A DNA stretch of 64,000 bases from a candidate division FCPU426 bacterium (GCA_963796105.1 CAWCKJ010000003.1:480001-544000); one strand, 5' to 3'. Counted from the stretch's first letter, positions 51,056-61,358 are shown. The notes: generated by a model from the sequence alone, not told the origin. Made by a program: numbers and translations.

Positions 51056-51203
51056 ATTTGCCTCCGGACCTTGACGGCGATCCGAAAATGCGTCAAGGGC
51101 AACCCTTCGGGTCACCACTTGGGCGGGCATGGAACCCCGCCCAAGTACACGGCTAGGCTCCTGGGCAAGCCCGGAGCTTTTGGAGCCGGTCATTGGGCTA
51201 AAT
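51024..51203 (-). promoter_or_regulatory. Structured leader, copy 1 (includes first ~11 codons)
   Basis: 180-bp near-duplicate of 52925-53104 with three hairpins. Confidence 0.6.
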
Positions 51204-51276
51204 AATTCGTTAGCTATATCAGTTTGATATTTTTATGGAATATTTCCATGTGCCGGCCATCTGGGACAACTAAAAC

Positions 51277-52956
51277 TTATTGAATTTCCCGGATCAGATT
51301 GTTGTAAGTATCTGCGACATAAATAGTTTCGGAAGAATCAACTGCGATTCCTATGGGTTCATAGAAAGATGCGGTGGTCCCCGTTCCGTTTGTAGATCCA
51401 GGAACACCAGCCGACCCAGCCAAGGTCGTCACCACACCACCAGGAGAAATTTTCCGGATCAGTTGGTTGCCGGTATCTGCAACGTAAACATTTCCACAAG
51501 AATCGACCACAACTCCACCAGGACCACCAAACGATGCAGCGGTCCCCGTTCCATTGGCGGACCCCCAAGCCCCAGACCCCGCCAGGGTCGTCACCACTCC
51601 ACCTGGGCTGATTTTCCGGATCAGATTGTTGCCACTATCCGCAACGTAAACATTCCCTGAGGAATCAACCGCGACTCCAGCGGGACTACTGAACGATGCG
51701 GCTGTACCCGTTCCGTTGGCGGACCCAGCAACCCCGATTTGGCCCGCTAGGGTTGAAACCACTCCCCCAGGGGTAATTTTATTGATCGCGTCACCATTGC
51801 TTTCCGAGACGTAAACATTTCCGGAGGAATCGACCGCGATTCCAAAGGGTAAATTGTAAACTTGGGCAAAGGTCGTCACCATACCCCCAGGAGAGATTTC
51901 TCGGATCAGTTGGTTGCCACTATCCGTTACGTAAACGTTTCCAGAGGAATCGACCGCGACTCCCCAGGGCTGATTGAACGATGCGGCTGGTCCTGTTCCG
52001 TCAGCATACCCAGTTACTCCTGCCGACCCCGCCAGGGTCGTTACCACACCGCCGGAAGTAATTTTCCGTATAATATTGTTGTTGAAATCAGCAACGTAAA
52101 CGTTACCGGAGGAATCGACCGCTATTCCAGTAGGATTATTGAACCAAGCGGCAGTCCCTGTTCCATTGATAGCTCCAGCATAACCAGATCCTGCCAAGGT
52201 CGTCACTACGGCACCATTGGCAGGGCAAAGAGTAGACGTAATAGTGGCAGTTGGCGTGAGCGTCGACGTTCCAATCGAGGTAGTGGTCGAAGTCGGTGTA
52301 TCTGTCGGCGTCATCGTGTATGTCCAAGTTGGTGTTTCGGTTGGGGTGGACGTGAAAGTAAAAGTAGTCGTAGGAATCATAGTTGTTGAGGTCGTCGTCG
52401 GAGTTGGCGTATTTATCGGCGTATTTGTTGGCGTCATTGTGGGCGTCCAAGTTTGTGTATCGGTTGGGGTGTATGAAAAAGTAAAAGTGGTGGTAGGATT
52501 CATGGATGTTGAAGTTATCGTTGGAGTCGGCGTATTCGTGGATGTCTCTGTCGAAGTCATCGTTGGCGTCCAAGTTGGTGTATCGGTTGGGGTGGATGTG
52601 AAGGTAAAAGTAGCCGTTGGAATCATGAATGTTGAGGTTGTCGTTGGAGTCGGCGTATTCGTTGGTGTATCTGTGGGCGTTTCGGTTGTGGTGGATGTGA
52701 AGGAAAAAGTTATAGTAGGATCTATGGGCGTTAAGGTCGCCGTCAAGGTGGGTGTACCAGTCGCCGTACCGGTGAATGTATTTGTGGGAATAAATCCTGT
52801 TGCTGTGGGGGTATTCGTCGGTGTGAAAGCCGGGGTATTGGTCGCGAGCGGTATTGGCATAGAAGGTGTACTAAAATTTTTGGAGCACCCGGTCATGAGG
52901 GCAAAAATTAATATCACCAAAACGGCTGTTTCCTGAAGTAGCGGCTTTCGTTTCAT
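51277..52956 (-). CDS. Lipoprotein with Thr/Pro linker and NHL beta-propeller
   Basis: ALMTGC lipobox; TPT repeats; six [13 protein letters not shown]-type repeats. Confidence 0.9.
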   Translation of the reverse strand: MKRKPLLQETAVLVILIFALMTGCSKNFSTPSMPIPLATNTPAFTPTNTPTATGFIPTNTFTGTATGTPTLTATLTPIDPTITFSFTSTTTETPTDTPTNTPTPTTTSTFMIPTATFTFTSTPTDTPTWTPTMTSTETSTNTPTPTITSTSMNPTTTFTFSYTPTDTQTWTPTMTPTNTPINTPTPTTTSTTMIPTTTFTFTSTPTETPTWTYTMTPTDTPTSTTTSIGTSTLTPTATITSTLCPANGAVVTTLAGSGYAGAINGTGTAAWFNNPTGIAVDSSGNVYVADFNNNIIRKITSGGVVTTLAGSAGVTGYADGTGPAASFNQPWGVAVDSSGNVYVTDSGNQLIREISPGGMVTTFAQVYNLPFGIAVDSSGNVYVSESNGDAINKITPGGVVSTLAGQIGVAGSANGTGTAASFSSPAGVAVDSSGNVYVADSGNNLIRKISPGGVVTTLAGSGAWGSANGTGTAASFGGPGGVVVDSCGNVYVADTGNQLIRKISPGGVVTTLAGSAGVPGSTNGTGTTASFYEPIGIAVDSSETIYVADTYNNLIREIQ

Positions 52957-53104
52957 ATTTGTCTCCGGACCTGGACGACAATCCGAAAATGCGTCAGGGG
53001 CAACCCTTCGGATCGCCACTTGGGCGGGCATGGAACCCCGCCCCAGTACACGTCTAGGCTCCTGGTCAAGCCCGGAGCCTTGGCAGCCGGTCATTGGGCT
53101 AAAT
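52925..53104 (-). promoter_or_regulatory. Structured leader, copy 2
   Basis: 180-bp near-duplicate of 51024-51203. Confidence 0.6.
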
Positions 53105-53166
53105 TATACTGATCACATCTTCTACCCTATAGACGGCTTAAAGTTGTTTTATTGCATATATATTTT

Positions 53167-54579
53167 CACTCTTGTCCTAAATAAAGGCCTAAAAAAAGAC
53201 GCCTCCGATTGAAGTAGAATTGGATTTGATGACAGCCCAAAGCAACGGTTACCAGCCGTCGCTACTTCAAACATACGGAGGCGCTTTTTTATGGTACCAC
53301 CAACCAGTCTATTTGCCCAAGTGTTGAAACTCGTAGACCGAACCGCTTTTGAGCGAATCGTGCGAGAGATTGAAGCCGAAAAGCACTCCAAGGGATTCAG
53401 TTGCTGGGATCAGTTTGTTTCCATGCTTTTCTGCCAGATGGGAGCAGCCCATTCCTTGAGGGAAATCTGTGGCGGCCTCAGTACGGCCCTTGGGAAATTG
53501 ACCCACTTGGGTCTTTGCAAAGCTCCCACTAAATCCACCTTGGCCTATGCCAACGCCAAGCGTTCTTGGCGGGTTCAACAAAAGCTTTTTTACCATTTAT
53601 TATCGAAGTGCCAGTTGTTGGCGGCCACCTCAAAAAGAAAATTCAGGTTTAAAAATCCTCTTTATAGCCTGGATTCCAGCACCATCGACCTTTGTTTGTC
53701 AGTGTTCGACTGGGCGAAATTCCGTAGAACCAAAGGGGCCATCAAACTCCATCTTCTGCTGGACCATCAGGGGTACTTGCCCTGCTGGGGACTCGTAACG
53801 GAGGGAGGCACGCATGACGTGAAGGTGGCCCAAAAGCTCGATTTTCCAGTGGATTCAATCGTGGTGATGGATCGGGGGTATGTGGATTTCTTTCTTCTGG
53901 CCCGATGGACATTCCAAGGCGTGTGGTGGGTGACCCGGGCCAAGATCAACATGGCCTACGAGGTGGTGAAAAGCCTGACGGTTCCGAAAACGGGCAACGT
54001 CCTGAAGGACCAGGTGATACGGTTGACGACGTTTCGGTCACATGAAGCCTACCCTAAAGAGATGCGACGGGTGGTGGTATGGGACGAAGACCAGAAGCGG
54101 GAGTTGGTGTTCCTGACCAACCACATGGGTTTTGCCGCCTCGACGGTGGGTGCCATTTACAAGGAACGTTGGCAGATCGAGTTGTTTTTCAAGGCTCTCA
54201 AGCAGAACCTCCGGGTAAAAACTTTTGTGGGTACCACTGAGAATGCCGTTCAGACGCAGATTTGGACAGCATTGATTGCCATGCTACTGTTGAAGTTCCT
54301 TCAATTGAAGAGCCGGATCGCCTGGAGTTTATCCCACTTGGCTGCCATGCTACGGATGAACCTGTTGACCTATCGTGATTTGTGGGCCTGGTTGGATGCA
54401 CCGTTCCTAGTGGCGAGACTGGAACCTTTGGAAAAGCAGATGGAATTAATACATTCTTAATTTGGACAGCATCAGGACGAAAGAGGGGGGGCTTATCCCA
54501 GAAAATTCACGAGCCTGTCCTAAATCGCTTGTTTTCCTGGGAGGTTCAAAGACAAATAGGTTTATCTAGGACAGCAGTG
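53167..54579 (+). mobile_element. IS4-family element
   Basis: IR CACTCTTGTCCTAAATAAA / TTTATCTAGGACAGCAGTG; 9-bp TSD ATATATTTT at 53158-53166 and 54580-54588. Confidence 0.92.
53291..54460 (+). CDS. IS4 transposase
   Basis: LDSSTIDL, MDRGY, YKERWQIELFFK (YREK motif). Confidence 0.95.
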   Translation: MVPPTSLFAQVLKLVDRTAFERIVREIEAEKHSKGFSCWDQFVSMLFCQMGAAHSLREICGGLSTALGKLTHLGLCKAPTKSTLAYANAKRSWRVQQKLFYHLLSKCQLLAATSKRKFRFKNPLYSLDSSTIDLCLSVFDWAKFRRTKGAIKLHLLLDHQGYLPCWGLVTEGGTHDVKVAQKLDFPVDSIVVMDRGYVDFFLLARWTFQGVWWVTRAKINMAYEVVKSLTVPKTGNVLKDQVIRLTTFRSHEAYPKEMRRVVVWDEDQKRELVFLTNHMGFAASTVGAIYKERWQIELFFKALKQNLRVKTFVGTTENAVQTQIWTALIAMLLLKFLQLKSRIAWSLSHLAAMLRMNLLTYRDLWAWLDAPFLVARLEPLEKQMELIHS

Positions 54580-54921
54580 ATATATTTTAACAAATAAATA
54601 AAAACTTTGGTAATTTAAGTGTTTTAAACTCCTTACTTGTTAAACTTTACCGCACTTTTTTTCCATTAAACGCAATTCCTTGATTATTGGGAATTGGCGT
54701 TCGTAGAACAATTTTCGCGTGAAATGTTAATTATATTTGTGCGGGTTAAAGCGGGTCACGAATTAGGCAATTTCGGTAAAACGAGGCTTAAAAGGTCATA
54801 TTTACAAAAAAGCCAAAGGTATAAGGATATTTGCGGGGTAAGCCCGCAGAGGGGTTTATTTGGAATTAGAATTCTCGTCCAACACCTTATCCAACCGGCT
54901 TTTTTGGTCGTCCGTGATTTC

Positions 54922-55020
54922 TGTAGTGTTCACAAAATATCTTCCGGTTCTGGCGTTACCAGCTTGAGAGGTTTTCCGCCTCGGGTTCTTTTGACAAGTT
55001 GAAAATTTTCCAACGTCTCG
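54922..55020 (-). pseudogene. Right-end remnant of a relative of the 26842-29865 element
   Basis: Identical terminal GGAAGATATTTTGTGAACACTACA; encodes ETLE...RGGK...EDIL*. Confidence 0.8.
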
Positions 55021-55026
55021 TGAAAG

Positions 55027-55215
55027 AAACAAAGGGGTCAGGCCATCATTCAACACTTTATAAAAAATAGAAACAAAGGGGTCAGGCCATCATTCAACAC
55101 TTTACGAGCCACATCTCGCTGCATCTCGCGTCGGGCATCCAAAAGCTCACCACGTCGAAAGACATGGGGTCGAGTCTTGTGAACAAGGGGTCAGACTCCA
55201 CGCTCCGCAGCGTGT
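55027..55215. repeat. Cluster of GGGGTCAG REP/STIR-like motifs including a 34-bp direct repeat
   Basis: GAAACAAAGGGGTCAGGCCATCATTCAACACTTT at 55027 and 55071; further GGGGTC motifs at 55166 and 55187. Confidence 0.75.
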
Positions 55216-55297
55216 AGTAGGGTACATATTACACTTTAAACCCAACCACCGGACCCATCCTAAACCCATCTAACGTTTTACCCAACCATGCTAAACA

Positions 55298-55603
55298 TTA
55301 CTTTTTAGATCGATAATGCGCTTTACCAATTTCTTTTTTTGAAATTGGCACACCCAAAGCTTGCGCCTCGGCTTGTAGCCTCGGCACAGGGGTTTTTTCG
55401 CGGACGACCGGGACTTTCTCATCCACATTTACATATACAGCTTTGCCGTTGCGCATGACGGCAATGGGAAGACCTAAACGCCTATGTTCCTCGATGACGC
55501 CATCCACAGCCAACTGAAGGGCTTTCTCGGCCCTCAGCCCCTCCGGAGTCGGTCGATTAGAAACGCGTTGTTTCTTCAATGCGGTTTTTTTAAAAGCTTT
55601 CAT
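55298..55603 (-). CDS. Small hypothetical protein coupled to the ATPase (putative antitoxin)
   Basis: ATGA overlap with ATPase; duplicated at 57042-57278. Confidence 0.7.
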   Translation of the reverse strand: MKAFKKTALKKQRVSNRPTPEGLRAEKALQLAVDGVIEEHRRLGLPIAVMRNGKAVYVNVDEKVPVVREKTPVPRLQAEAQALGVPISKKEIGKAHYRSKK

Positions 55604-56187
55604 CTAACCCTCTTCAACATTTCAACAATTCTACCGTAAATTTCGGGCAGTATAATGCTATCTTTCCCCGGGGACCGCTCAAATACCAGCCGGGGCGTGG
55701 ATGAGGAATTGTCGAATATCGCGCAATAATCAACCAAGTACATATAAATATCAAAGAGATTTCGCAATCCTTTGTCATAACGACGGCGCGCAACTTCCGC
55801 CGGAATATTATGCCCTCCTAAACGCACCCTGTCGGCAATCCGCTTGAGAGCCAAAGGAATCCCAGGTATCCAAAGGAAATAAAGCCTGATCTCATACCCC
55901 TTGTGGCGCAGTTCCTTAAACAGACGAATATATCCCATACCGAAAAGCGTTGTTTCAAAGCCAAACCCGGTCCCACGCCGGACTTGTTCCCGGATGCTTC
56001 CCATGAAAAGCCTGCCGGCTTGAATGGCCGCGGCGTCAACATTGAACGGTGACAATCCCTTCGCGATCAAGTCGGCGTTGATGAAATTGCGGCAGTCGGC
56101 GATCTTGGGCAGGTACTGGGTCGCGAAAGTAGTTTTACCCGAGCCGTTCGGCCCGGCGATCACGTAAACAACCGGTTTTGTTTTCAC
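55600..56187 (-). CDS. Zeta-toxin-like/AAA P-loop ATPase
   Basis: IAGPNGSGKTT, FINAD.IA, FETTL, RV..GGH.IP, FDNS. Confidence 0.88.
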   Translation of the reverse strand: MKTKPVVYVIAGPNGSGKTTFATQYLPKIADCRNFINADLIAKGLSPFNVDAAAIQAGRLFMGSIREQVRRGTGFGFETTLFGMGYIRLFKELRHKGYEIRLYFLWIPGIPLALKRIADRVRLGGHNIPAEVARRRYDKGLRNLFDIYMYLVDYCAIFDNSSSTPRLVFERSPGKDSIILPEIYGRIVEMLKRVR

Positions 56188-56388
56188 ACAACACCTTCTT
56201 TGAACATTGGGACTTTTACTTTGAGCTGTTGGAGGGTGCTCATTGTATTCATGGAAGTATTCTAGAGAAAATAGTTAGGAGTGAGGAGTTAGCCCCAACT
56301 GTTTTTTAACAGTTGGTACAACCAAATCTCGTCATTCGCCTTGTAGGCTCACGACAGGTGAAGTTAGGAATTGGTCATTAACCACTGA

Positions 56389-56914
56389 TTAACGAACCCG
56401 ATAAAGCGACTTTTTTTCCTCGAGATACCCGATCCGCCGTTTGGGTTTCTCCGGCACTTTCATCAGATCCCTTAAAGCATCGAAAACAGCCTGGATTTTC
56501 GCGTCTTGGGAACCAACTTTTTTCTCCAAGGCTTCCAATTTTCGAGCTAAATCCTTATGAACCGCCAAAGCTTCCCTAAGGCGTATAAACGCTCGTACGA
56601 CGAAAACACTCATTCTCACAGCTTGTTTGCTATTGAGGACGTTTGCCACCATCATTGCCCCGTGCTCGGTAAAGACATATGGCGGAAAACGGGGGTCACG
56701 ATGCTTCTGGGAACCGGTCGCAAATTGCGACCGGTTCAAATCCTCCACCTCAGGCCCAGAAAGGCGAAACATGAAATCATCAGGGAAACGGTCTTTATTA
56801 CGTCTAACCTGTTCGTTCAAGCGTTTCCGTCTGGACTCCATAAATACGCGCTAAATCGGCATCCAAAATAATGAGAATCAATCCCTCGACAACAGCCGGA
56901 ACCTTATATTCACC
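56389..56914 (-). pseudogene. ORF6N/KilA-N-like DNA-binding protein, frameshifted near N-terminus
   Basis: LNEQVRRN..RFP.DFMF.L, PYVFTEHG.MM.A.VLNS; ILDADLARIYGV lies in another frame. Confidence 0.85.
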
Positions 56915-57041
56915 TTGTTCTTCCGTCATATACACCTCCAAGCCTTAATCTTGATATCGCAAATTGCGATATCAAACCGGTCGCAATTTGCAACCGCATC
57001 AAACAACCGGATTATTTTAAAACCCCTAAAAAACTCTGAAA

Positions 57042-57278
57042 TTATCGTTTTGCCCGATAGCGCGCTTTGGGCTCGTTCACGGCCGGGACTATCTCAGCCA
57101 CATTTACATATACAGCTTTGCCGTTGCGCATGACGGCAATGGGAAGACCTAAACGCCTATGTTCCTCGATGACGCCATCCACAGCCAACTGAAGGGCTTT
57201 CTCGGCCCTCCGTCCTTCGGGAGTCGGTCGATTAGAAACTCGTTGTTTCTTCGATGCGGTTTTTTTAAATGCTTTCAT
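57042..57278 (-). CDS. Duplicate of 55298-55603, preceded by the last ~45 bp of the ATPase gene
   Basis: ~55423-55651 nearly identical to ~57098-57326. Confidence 0.75.
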   Translation of the reverse strand: MKAFKKTASKKQRVSNRPTPEGRRAEKALQLAVDGVIEEHRRLGLPIAVMRNGKAVYVNVAEIVPAVNEPKARYRAKR

Positions 57279-57363
57279 CTAACCCCCTTCAACATTTCAA
57301 CAATTCTACCGTATATTTCGGGCAGTGAGCGCAATAGGATCACGTCATTCTTTTGTGATACCA

Positions 57364-58422
57364 TTAATGGCGCGTGGACTCGATTCTCTCCCATAGGGCA
57401 TCCCGGCCCTTACCCAGGCACCTGATGAGACCTTTGCCCTTCAAATCCGACAAAGCCCTTTTTAAAGTCGGATAACTGACCCCGGGACAAGCCTTTTGCA
57501 AATCGCCGAATTTGAACTGTTGGGACAGGCGCGTGACAGCGTTCTGGACCATTTCACGTTTGGCGCCCTTCGCGCTGGTGATGGACCCCATCCGAGCCTC
57601 GAAATCATCGTAAGCGGCTGTCAACATGCCCAGGAAATATTCCCACCATGGCCTCGTGTCATGGCGGGCCGCATGCCAATCCTTGGAACTCTTCAGAAGA
57701 GTTTCATAGTATGACTCTTTGCTTTGCTCCACCACCCGTTCCAAGCTGATATAACGACCCACCTCAAAACCCTGCTGATAAAGAAGTAAAAGCGTCAAGA
57801 GGCGGCCCAACCTGCCATTGCCGTCCATGAAGGGATGAATGCATTCAAAGTCCAGGATGAAGGAGGCCACCAGAAGAAGGGCGTCCACTTTTTCCTCATC
57901 CAAAGACTTTTGATAATATTCCAGCAATTTTTCCATGAACTCGGGCGCCGCCAAAGCGGAAACCGGTTTGAACCGGACAGCCGCTTGCCCGCCAGGCTTT
58001 ATTTCCAGGATGGCGTTATCCTTGCTCTTCCAATGGCCGCCATTTTCGGGAGTGTATCGATACATGCGACGATGCCAGTCCAGGATCAGACCGGTTGTCA
58101 ATTTCATGCGAGAGTGGTTGGTGTGGATATCAGCCAGAACATCCCTGTAACCGGATACTTCCTGCTCGGAACGGTCCTGTGGTTTGGTCTTTCCAGTCAC
58201 CAAGGGGGCCAGACGGTTGGGAGAGACAATGATACCCTCGATACGATTGGAGGATTCAGCGCTTTGGATCATCGCCACTTGGCGCAGGGTTTCAAGAATT
58301 TCCGGGGACTGGTCAGTGTGCATATCTTGCCGGCCCCGATACTCGCCCAACACCCTAAGAGACTTGCCCAGTGAATGGCCCAAGGGAGTATCCAACAAAT
58401 AGCCATGTTCGAAAGATTTCAT
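57364..58422 (-). CDS. Fic-domain protein with C-terminal HTH
   Basis: HPFMDGNGRLGR; SNRIEG. Confidence 0.93.
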   Translation of the reverse strand: MKSFEHGYLLDTPLGHSLGKSLRVLGEYRGRQDMHTDQSPEILETLRQVAMIQSAESSNRIEGIIVSPNRLAPLVTGKTKPQDRSEQEVSGYRDVLADIHTNHSRMKLTTGLILDWHRRMYRYTPENGGHWKSKDNAILEIKPGGQAAVRFKPVSALAAPEFMEKLLEYYQKSLDEEKVDALLLVASFILDFECIHPFMDGNGRLGRLLTLLLLYQQGFEVGRYISLERVVEQSKESYYETLLKSSKDWHAARHDTRPWWEYFLGMLTAAYDDFEARMGSITSAKGAKREMVQNAVTRLSQQFKFGDLQKACPGVSYPTLKRALSDLKGKGLIRCLGKGRDALWERIESTRH

Positions 58423-58985
58423 GTCATTTCCTTTATAAAAACACTTAGGGCGGGGCGGCCTATTAATAGTATCACGAAATAGATTCTTGATACCATTATT
58501 TTCAGGGATCGTTTTTATGAAAAGACAACGGGGTCAAGTCTTCATTTTATATTCAGAAAACCTTTTCACGATACCCTGATCCCCCACCAAGCCCTTCCTT
58601 TGCACCGTGCACCGATACCCAGTCCCATTCTTCCCAAAACTTTTAGTCCTTGGCCTTCGACTTAAGCAGATCGTTATTTGGGTTCATTTTTCTCTTGGAT
58701 ATTTTATGTAGCGTACTGATTCTCATTACCCCTTCTTCTTTTTGCCTTTTCCCTTCTTCGTATCCTCGCCCATTTCATCCCCCAATTATTTTTCCAATTC
58801 CTCGATGGTGGGTAATCCGGTTTTTCGAATACAAGCAGGGGTATTTTCTTACGCGAAGGCAATTGTGCAAGGGGTCATTGCACAATTGACCGTTCCGGCC
58901 ATGCCGCCGCAAGGGTTTTTAAGAGAATCAATGATTTCCGTATCAGGCATGGCCATAAAAGCCCCCTAACAATTATATTTTCGAT

Positions 58986-59228
58986 TTATTCCCCTACCAT
59001 TTGGTCCGCCAAGATGTTTCCGGTGGTTTGATCTATCACAATCACTCTTCCCCCGCCCAGATGAGGCGTGCCAGAGGGGCAAAAAACGCACCAAACATCA
59101 TCGCCGGATAAGTCCGACGCTCCATAAAGGTTTAGGTCCTTCGGAATCCCATGGACGATTTTGAAATCGCCCATCGTACCCGCCACCTTGTTTTTCGCGA
59201 TCTCAAGCGCATTATTTTGATCTATCAT
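58986..59228 (-). CDS. Small hypothetical protein (possible immunity/PepSY-like)
   Basis: A.EIA...W.V....IVID..TG.I pattern; GGGAG RBS. Confidence 0.5.
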   Translation of the reverse strand: MIDQNNALEIAKNKVAGTMGDFKIVHGIPKDLNLYGASDLSGDDVWCVFCPSGTPHLGGGRVIVIDQTTGNILADQMVGE

Positions 59229-60150
59229 AATTTGAATTCTCCCTTACTTCTTATTCCCCACGAAGTTCATGGCTGAATTTAAAGCCGAATAACTCGAAAG
59301 TTTCTTTACGGGTAAAAAAGACACCGTCCGTTACACGCAAGAAGCCGGATTCTTCCATCCCCACCCGGAAATTGCCGTCTTTCTGGGCCCCTTTCAGGGC
59401 GTCATAATGCTCCATCCCTGTGTAAATTTTCCCCGAGATCGGGTCCTTGATAGCGGCCGTGAAAATCAGATTTGTTAAAGGGTTCAGTCATAAAAACCTA
59501 TTTTTTGGGTTTGTGATATTTAAAAGGTTTATCGCATTCAGTGCAAAGCAAATCCTTGCCTTCGGCGCCATCCATCCCACATCCGCCCAAAACCAGCTTA
59601 CCCTCGCTCATCAATTTCTCCATGCCCTCGCTCATATAGGGCCATTCCCCAAAGAATAACTGCCACTTTCTCGGACGAGCAATAGGAGCATTTTTGCCCC
59701 TTCAGGGTCCGTTTGGTTTCCCGAATCATTCTCAGGTCTTCTTCATCTATTTTCATTCGCAATCACCTCATGACTTTGTTTGATCTACAAGAATAGATTA
59801 CACCAGGGTACGGACAATCCTAAAAACGACCCAAATAAATGAAATTAGGGGCCCCTTCGACGAGCTCAGGGCCCTGAGCCCCGTCGAAGGGTTAGAAGTT
59901 AGCCCCAACTGTTTTTTGACAGTTGGGACAACCACCCCTTGGGCTTTCGCCCAAGGGCGATAAAAATCATCGAATCTCGTCATTCGCCTTGGACCAACTT
60001 TCTTTAAGTTGGCATTATCAAGATCTGCCCTTCACCTAGTGGGTGAAGAGCAGATAAATAGGCTCACGACAGGTGGAATTATGAATTAGGAGTTGACTGA
60101 AAAACAATGAAAAATTGTAGAAGAACCCTTAAGACATTATATCGTTGTAT

Positions 60151-60456
60151 CTAAGCGGAATGCGCGTGGATGCGGGTTTCGATCCGGGTCCATCCGGCGC
60201 GTTGCGCGAGCCGAAGGTCATAATCCGTTTGCAGGTTGAGCCAGGTTTCAGGTGTCACGCCAAAATACTTCCCAAGCCTTAACGCCGTGTCCGCCGTGAT
60301 TGACCGCCCGCTGTTGACGATCCCGCTGATACGGTTTGGGGGAACCATGATCTCCCTGGCCAAACGGTTAATGCTGATACCCATCGGCTTCATGAATTCC
60401 TCCAAAAGCACCTCCCCCGGATGGATGGGGACTAATTTCTTGGTTTTCGCCGTCAT
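60151..60456 (-). CDS. higA: HigA antitoxin
   Basis: PIHPGEVL.EEF, ITADTALRL..YFG...WLNLQ..YDL. Confidence 0.93.
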   Translation of the reverse strand: MTAKTKKLVPIHPGEVLLEEFMKPMGISINRLAREIMVPPNRISGIVNSGRSITADTALRLGKYFGVTPETWLNLQTDYDLRLAQRAGWTRIETRIHAHSA

Positions 60457-60464
60457 CGCTCACC

Positions 60465-60743
60465 TCAATGATAATCAATAATTTCCACGTCGATCGCTTC
60501 CCCATCGCGCCATCGAAAACAAATCCGCCATTGTTTATTGACGCGGATACTGTGCTGGCCTTCCCGGTCCCCCTTTAAGGCCTCCAACTGGTTCCCGGGT
60601 GGGACCCGCAAATCCTCAAGTTTCTTCGCCGCGTTCAAGTAAAGAAGCTTACGCCTGGCGACACGCTCAATATTCGCGAAACACGCGACCACGTTATCAT
60701 GGAATAGCGACTCGGCGTCTTTATCCCGGAACGATCGAATCAT
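60465..60743 (-). CDS. higB: HigB (RelE/ParE) toxin
   Basis: MIRSF, DLRVPPGN.LEALKGDR.GQHSIRVN.QWRICF, EIIDYH. Confidence 0.95.
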   Translation of the reverse strand: MIRSFRDKDAESLFHDNVVACFANIERVARRKLLYLNAAKKLEDLRVPPGNQLEALKGDREGQHSIRVNKQWRICFRWRDGEAIDVEIIDYH

Positions 60744-60928
60744 GAGTAAGGGTATTACGCCTCTCGTAATATGTCAAGGGGACCAAGGGGCCACCCACTC
60801 GCACCGCGGTTCAGAGAACTCCTCCGGGCTGGCGGTTCGGAATAAACTTTGATAACAATGAAAACCAAGAAACATTAAATACGCAGTTATTTAAAGATCC
60901 GGGATTTGTGCGATTTTTTAGATTTGGA

Positions 60929-61168
60929 TTATTTATGAAATTCAGGCCGGTTGGCCCCTGGAACGTCCTTGTATTCAGCCTTCAGTTTTTGCATTCTCAC
61001 CGCGTACATTTTCCGGAGAATCCCCGCCTGTTCCCCATCAATTCCCGGAACCGGATTCAGCATGTCGATTTGCCTTTGGAATTTAGCGAGCTCTTCCCCG
61101 GCCAATTTAAGAAGCAAGGGTGTTTTCGCGTTCTGGATCTCATCCCGCCAATATGGAAAGTCTTTCAT
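60929..61168 (-). CDS. Hypothetical protein
   Basis: 79-aa ORF with ATG filling the intergenic space. Confidence 0.4.
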   Translation of the reverse strand: MKDFPYWRDEIQNAKTPLLLKLAGEELAKFQRQIDMLNPVPGIDGEQAGILRKMYAVRMQKLKAEYKDVPGANRPEFHK

Positions 61169-61358
61169 GGTTTATATTTTAACCTATGCATCAGTTAAAG
61201 CCCGCCAATGTAATTACATTAACAAAACCCTCTTTCACGATCGTGAGGAGACCATTGCGCCACTTAGCAGTTTTGGGACAAACATGGCTCAAAATATCTT
61301 TGCGTGAAAGCCAATAATCCATCAAAATGGGCGCATAGCTAAAAAATATTTCAAAGGC

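Noticed and set aside
51056..53094. Extended N-termini MTGSKSSG.../MTGCQGSG... from the ORF track
   Set aside because: Downstream ATGs at 51055 and 52956 have GGAG RBSs and start signal peptides; the extension is better explained as leader
51024..57326. Diversity-generating retroelement TR/VR pairs among the duplicated blocks
   Set aside because: No reverse transcriptase in the window and differences are not adenine-specific
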